Assembly: GCA_963422645.2 (NCBI GenBank)
Contig: CAXXVO010000011.1
Location: 96,001 to 160,000, forward strand
Reading direction: 5' to 3'
Source: Alphaproteobacteria bacterium
GTDB lineage: Bacteria; Pseudomonadota; Alphaproteobacteria; UBA828
DNA: 64,000 bases
Shown here: positions 61,030 through 64,000 of the stretch, piece after piece
Layout of the letters: the number at the start of each line of letters is the position of its first letter
How positions within the stretch are numbered: position 1 is the first letter of the stretch
The notes under the pieces: model-generated
What the model saw: only the letters and a program-made list of their open reading frames with translations
The model's database searches: none
What the model was told of the DNA's origin: nothing
Program-made: the position numbers and the translations under genes

Positions 61030-61698
61030 GTGGGGTATTTCGGGTCGAAGGCGACGACCGGTCTGAGCCAGGCGCTGATTGCGCTGATGCCGCGGCACTC
61101 TGTCTATATCGAGAGCCATCTTGGGGGCGGGGCGCTGATGAAGCGCAAGCCTGCGGCCATGCGCTCGATCGGGATCGACCGCGACGAGCGGGCGCTTGAG
61201 GCCTTTGGCTGCGACTACCCGGTGGAGTTGGTGCACGGCTGCGCCCATTCCTTCCTGGCCTCGTTCCCGTTTCTGGGCCCGGAGCTGGTCTACAGCGATC
61301 CGCCCTATCTGCACGCGACCCGGCGTTCGTCGCAGCGCTACCGCTTCGAGTACGAGGAGGCCGACCACGTCGCGCTCCTCGAACTGCTCAAGGGTCTGCC
61401 CTGCCAGGTGATGGTCTCGGGCCACCCGTCTGCGCTCTATGACGAGCTGCTGGCGGGCTGGCGCCGGCTGGCGCTGCAGGTGACGACCCAGGCCCAGGTG
61501 CGGACCGAGGTCGTGTGGTTCAACTTCGCGCCTGACCGGGTGCACTGGGCGAGCTTCGCCGGCCGGAACTTCACCGAGCGCCAGTGCATCAAGCGCAAGG
61601 CGGCCAACTGGGGCCGGCGCTACGAGGCCATGCCGGCGGGCGAACGCCTGGCGGTGCTGGCCGCGATCATGGCCGTCGAGGCCGACGAGGGTTCGTGA
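61030..61698 (+). CDS. Dam-like (D12 class) DNA adenine methyltransferase
   Basis: GYFGSK, YIESHLGGG, IGID, VYSDPPY; GGAG RBS before GTG. Confidence 0.88.
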   Translation: MGYFGSKATTGLSQALIALMPRHSVYIESHLGGGALMKRKPAAMRSIGIDRDERALEAFGCDYPVELVHGCAHSFLASFPFLGPELVYSDPPYLHATRRSSQRYRFEYEEADHVALLELLKGLPCQVMVSGHPSALYDELLAGWRRLALQVTTQAQVRTEVVWFNFAPDRVHWASFAGRNFTERQCIKRKAANWGRRYEAMPAGERLAVLAAIMAVEADEGS

Positions 61699-63236
61699 CA
61701 GTGTCGCGCTGGCACGAGGACCTCGCTGCCCACGACGAGGCCTTCGCGTGCCTGCAGGACCTTTTCACCCCACAATCCTTCGCAATGACCGCCGTCAAAG
61801 CCATTCGGGAATGGGGCCAGAGGTTGCTGCGCCTGAGCGCGGCCCTGGTCAAGGAGAACGACGCGCTGGAGCGGGAGAACGCCCGCTTGCGCGAGCGGAT
61901 CGCCGAACTCGAGCGCAGCGCCGCGCTCGACAGCACCACCAGCTCCAAGCCGCCGGCCAGCGACGGTCTGAAGAAGAAGAGCGGTGACCGGGAGAAGCGC
62001 ACCCGGAGCCAGCGCGGCAAGTCCGACAGGCCCAGTGGCGGCCAGCCGGGCCACAAGGGAACTACCCTGGAGCGGACCGCGACGCCCGACCATGTCGTCG
62101 ATCATGATCCGTCCGCCTGTGAGGGCTGCGGCGCGCCGCTGTCGGACGCTGACCGTCACGGAGCCCCCGTCTGCCGGCAGGTCTTCGATGTGCCCGAGCC
62201 GCAGCCCCTCGAGGTCACCGAACATCGCGGCCATCGTTGCCTCTGCGCTGCCTGCGGCACCGTGACGACAGCCGTCTTCCCGAACGGCGTGAGCGCACCG
62301 GTCCAATACGGGCCGCGCATCACCGCGTGGGTGACCTACCTGCTGCACGCTCAGTTCATTCCCGAGAAGCGGGTCGCCGAGGTCATGAGCGACCTCTTCG
62401 CGGTCAAGCTCTCAACAGCCACCATCGTCGCCATGGGAAGGCGCACCGCCCGGCGCTTCGAGGGCTTCCTCGATCGCCTCGCGGAGATCATCCGCACCGC
62501 AGCCCCAGTCAAACACCTCGACGAGACCGGCATCCGCATCGCCGCCCGGACCCATTGGCTCCATGTGCTGTGCACCCCGTTGCTCACCATCCTGCGCGTC
62601 GCCACCGGGCGCAGCCACATCGACGAGAAGCTCAACGGCATCGTCATCCATGACGACTACGCCACCTACTTCGCTCTCGAGGGCGTGCGCCACGGGGCCT
62701 GCAACGCCCATCACCTGCGCGAGCTCCAAGCCCTCATCGAGATCGAGAAGGAAGACTGGGCAACGAGCACGCACCGGCTCCTCATCCGTGCCAACAGAGC
62801 CGCCCGCTTCGCCCACAAGAACGACCGCGACGTGCCCGCCTCACTGGTGGCCCGCATCTCGCGAGCCTGGGACCGCATCCTCGAACGTGCCATCGCCTCT
62901 CACGAAGAAATGCCACCGCTCCAGACCGGAAAGCGCGGACGACAAAAGCGCCGCATCGGTCACAACCTCGCCCTCCGACTCCAGAAGTACAAGGAGGGGT
63001 GCCTGCGCTTCCTCACCGATCCGCGAACCCCCTTCTCCAACAACGAGGCCGAGCGCGACCTCCGAATGGGCAAGCTGCGCCAGAAAATCTCAGGCGGCTT
63101 CCGCTCGATACAAGGCGCCCGCGACTTCGCAAACCTGCGATCCGTCATCGCCACCGCTCGAAAACAGCGCTGGAATGTCCTCGAAACCCTGGCGCACCCC
63201 GATCCAATCCAGCTGATCCCCGTATTGCGCTTCTGA
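61695..63236 (+). CDS. IS66 transposase (start GTG 61695 or ATG 61785)
   Basis: nearly identical to 13152-14603. Confidence 0.94.
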   Translation: MTVSRWHEDLAAHDEAFACLQDLFTPQSFAMTAVKAIREWGQRLLRLSAALVKENDALERENARLRERIAELERSAALDSTTSSKPPASDGLKKKSGDREKRTRSQRGKSDRPSGGQPGHKGTTLERTATPDHVVDHDPSACEGCGAPLSDADRHGAPVCRQVFDVPEPQPLEVTEHRGHRCLCAACGTVTTAVFPNGVSAPVQYGPRITAWVTYLLHAQFIPEKRVAEVMSDLFAVKLSTATIVAMGRRTARRFEGFLDRLAEIIRTAAPVKHLDETGIRIAARTHWLHVLCTPLLTILRVATGRSHIDEKLNGIVIHDDYATYFALEGVRHGACNAHHLRELQALIEIEKEDWATSTHRLLIRANRAARFAHKNDRDVPASLVARISRAWDRILERAIASHEEMPPLQTGKRGRQKRRIGHNLALRLQKYKEGCLRFLTDPRTPFSNNEAERDLRMGKLRQKISGGFRSIQGARDFANLRSVIATARKQRWNVLETLAHPDPIQLIPVLRF

Positions 63237-63334
63237 AATCCTGCGCTGCTCCGGGAAAGCGCCGCCTGACCCCTGGCTGGTCAGAACCATCAATCCATCA
63301 CGTCCGAGTGCTCGGCAGAATCAGACCTGGGCAG

Positions 63335-63853
63335 TTACAGCGATTCAATGTGGGCAAGCATGGTGTCTGCGTCGGAGACCTCGAAGGGATCTCCCGCCGC
63401 GTTGTCGCAAAGTCCCGGCTCCACGAACATCTTCGTGATCTCGCCGTCCTCGACCAGCATGGAATAGCGCCAGCTGCGCAGGCCGAATCCGAGATTGTCC
63501 TTGTCCACGAGCATGCCCATGCGCCGCGTGAAGGTGCCGCAGCCGTCCGGCAACAGGGTGACGTGCTCGGCCCCTTGATGCTTGCCCCACTGGTGCATGA
63601 CGAAGGCGTCGTTCACCGAGAGGCAAATGACCTCGTCGATGCCGGCGTCCCTGAAGCAATCGTGCAGGGCTTCGTAGCCGGGCAAGTGGGTGCTGCTGCA
63701 GGTCGGCGTGAAGGCGCCCGGCAGCGCGAACACCACCACACGCCGGCCGGCGAAAATCTCGGCGCTGGTCCGGTCCTGCCAACGGAAGGGGTTCGGCCCC
63801 TCGACGCTCTCGTCACGAACGCGGGTCTTGAATGTCACCTCTGGTACACGCAT
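63335..63853 (-). CDS. peroxiredoxin (Prx5/AhpC-TSA type), last codons clipped by IS66
   Basis: [28 protein letters not shown]. Confidence 0.94.
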   Translation of the reverse strand: MRVPEVTFKTRVRDESVEGPNPFRWQDRTSAEIFAGRRVVVFALPGAFTPTCSSTHLPGYEALHDCFRDAGIDEVICLSVNDAFVMHQWGKHQGAEHVTLLPDGCGTFTRRMGMLVDKDNLGFGLRSWRYSMLVEDGEITKMFVEPGLCDNAAGDPFEVSDADTMLAHIESL

Positions 63854-63892
63854 GTCACTGGCTCCTGCTCCGGAATGGGTCGTGTTCTGCAA

Positions 63893-63909
63893 ATAAGAAC
63901 TATTCCAAT
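63893..63909 (-). promoter_or_regulatory. Irr (ICE)/Fur-family-like operator
   Basis: ATTGGAATAGTTCTTAT vs consensus TTTRGAAYNRTTCYAAA (14/17), 40 bp upstream of the peroxiredoxin start. Confidence 0.55.
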
Positions 63910-64000
63910 ATACGTCAAGGGAGAAGACAGGTTTTTGTTCGCGATTTGTCGCAGAGGCGCCGGAGCGCGAAACGAGACCAACGAAGGAGCCCGGCGCTCG

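Larger units (their letters stand above)
60878..63338 (+). mobile_element. intact IS66-family element carrying a DNA methyltransferase gene
   Basis: IRs GTAACTACCCAGGT / ACCTGGGCAGTTAC; 8-bp TSD AGCGATTC. Confidence 0.96.

Overview
GC-rich alphaproteobacterial chromosome segment (trpC/trpD, pcm-rhodanese-tolC, priA-tal-xerC, peroxiredoxin) heavily invaded by insertion sequences: IS66 (one intact, one interrupted, two end remnants), IS21, IS1595, IS4 remnant, IS1634 x2, IS256 and an unclassified DDE element. Metabolic blocks are a flavin oxidoreductase plus TAXI-TRAP transporter, phosphonopyruvate decarboxylase, and a tmoX/V/W-tdm-like TMAO uptake/demethylation operon with a truncated divergent TorR-like regulator. 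About 29.7-48 kb is a decayed mobile island (broken integrase, relaxase and Toprim remnants, toxin-antitoxin pair) carrying an intact four-gene DUF499/DUF3780/DUF1156/PLD-SNF2 anti-phage system, followed by an unannotated ORF with ADP-ribosyltransferase-like motifs. Main leads: (1) an intact IS66 carrying a Dam-like adenine methyltransferase whose stop overlaps the in-frame start of its transposase; (2) the ART-like fifth gene behind the defence operon; (3) a DUF427 gene with an in-frame TGA (possible selenocysteine); (4) accessory genes repeatedly broken by 2-4 nt tandem duplications while core genes are intact. All family assignments are from motif recognition; no database searches were run.
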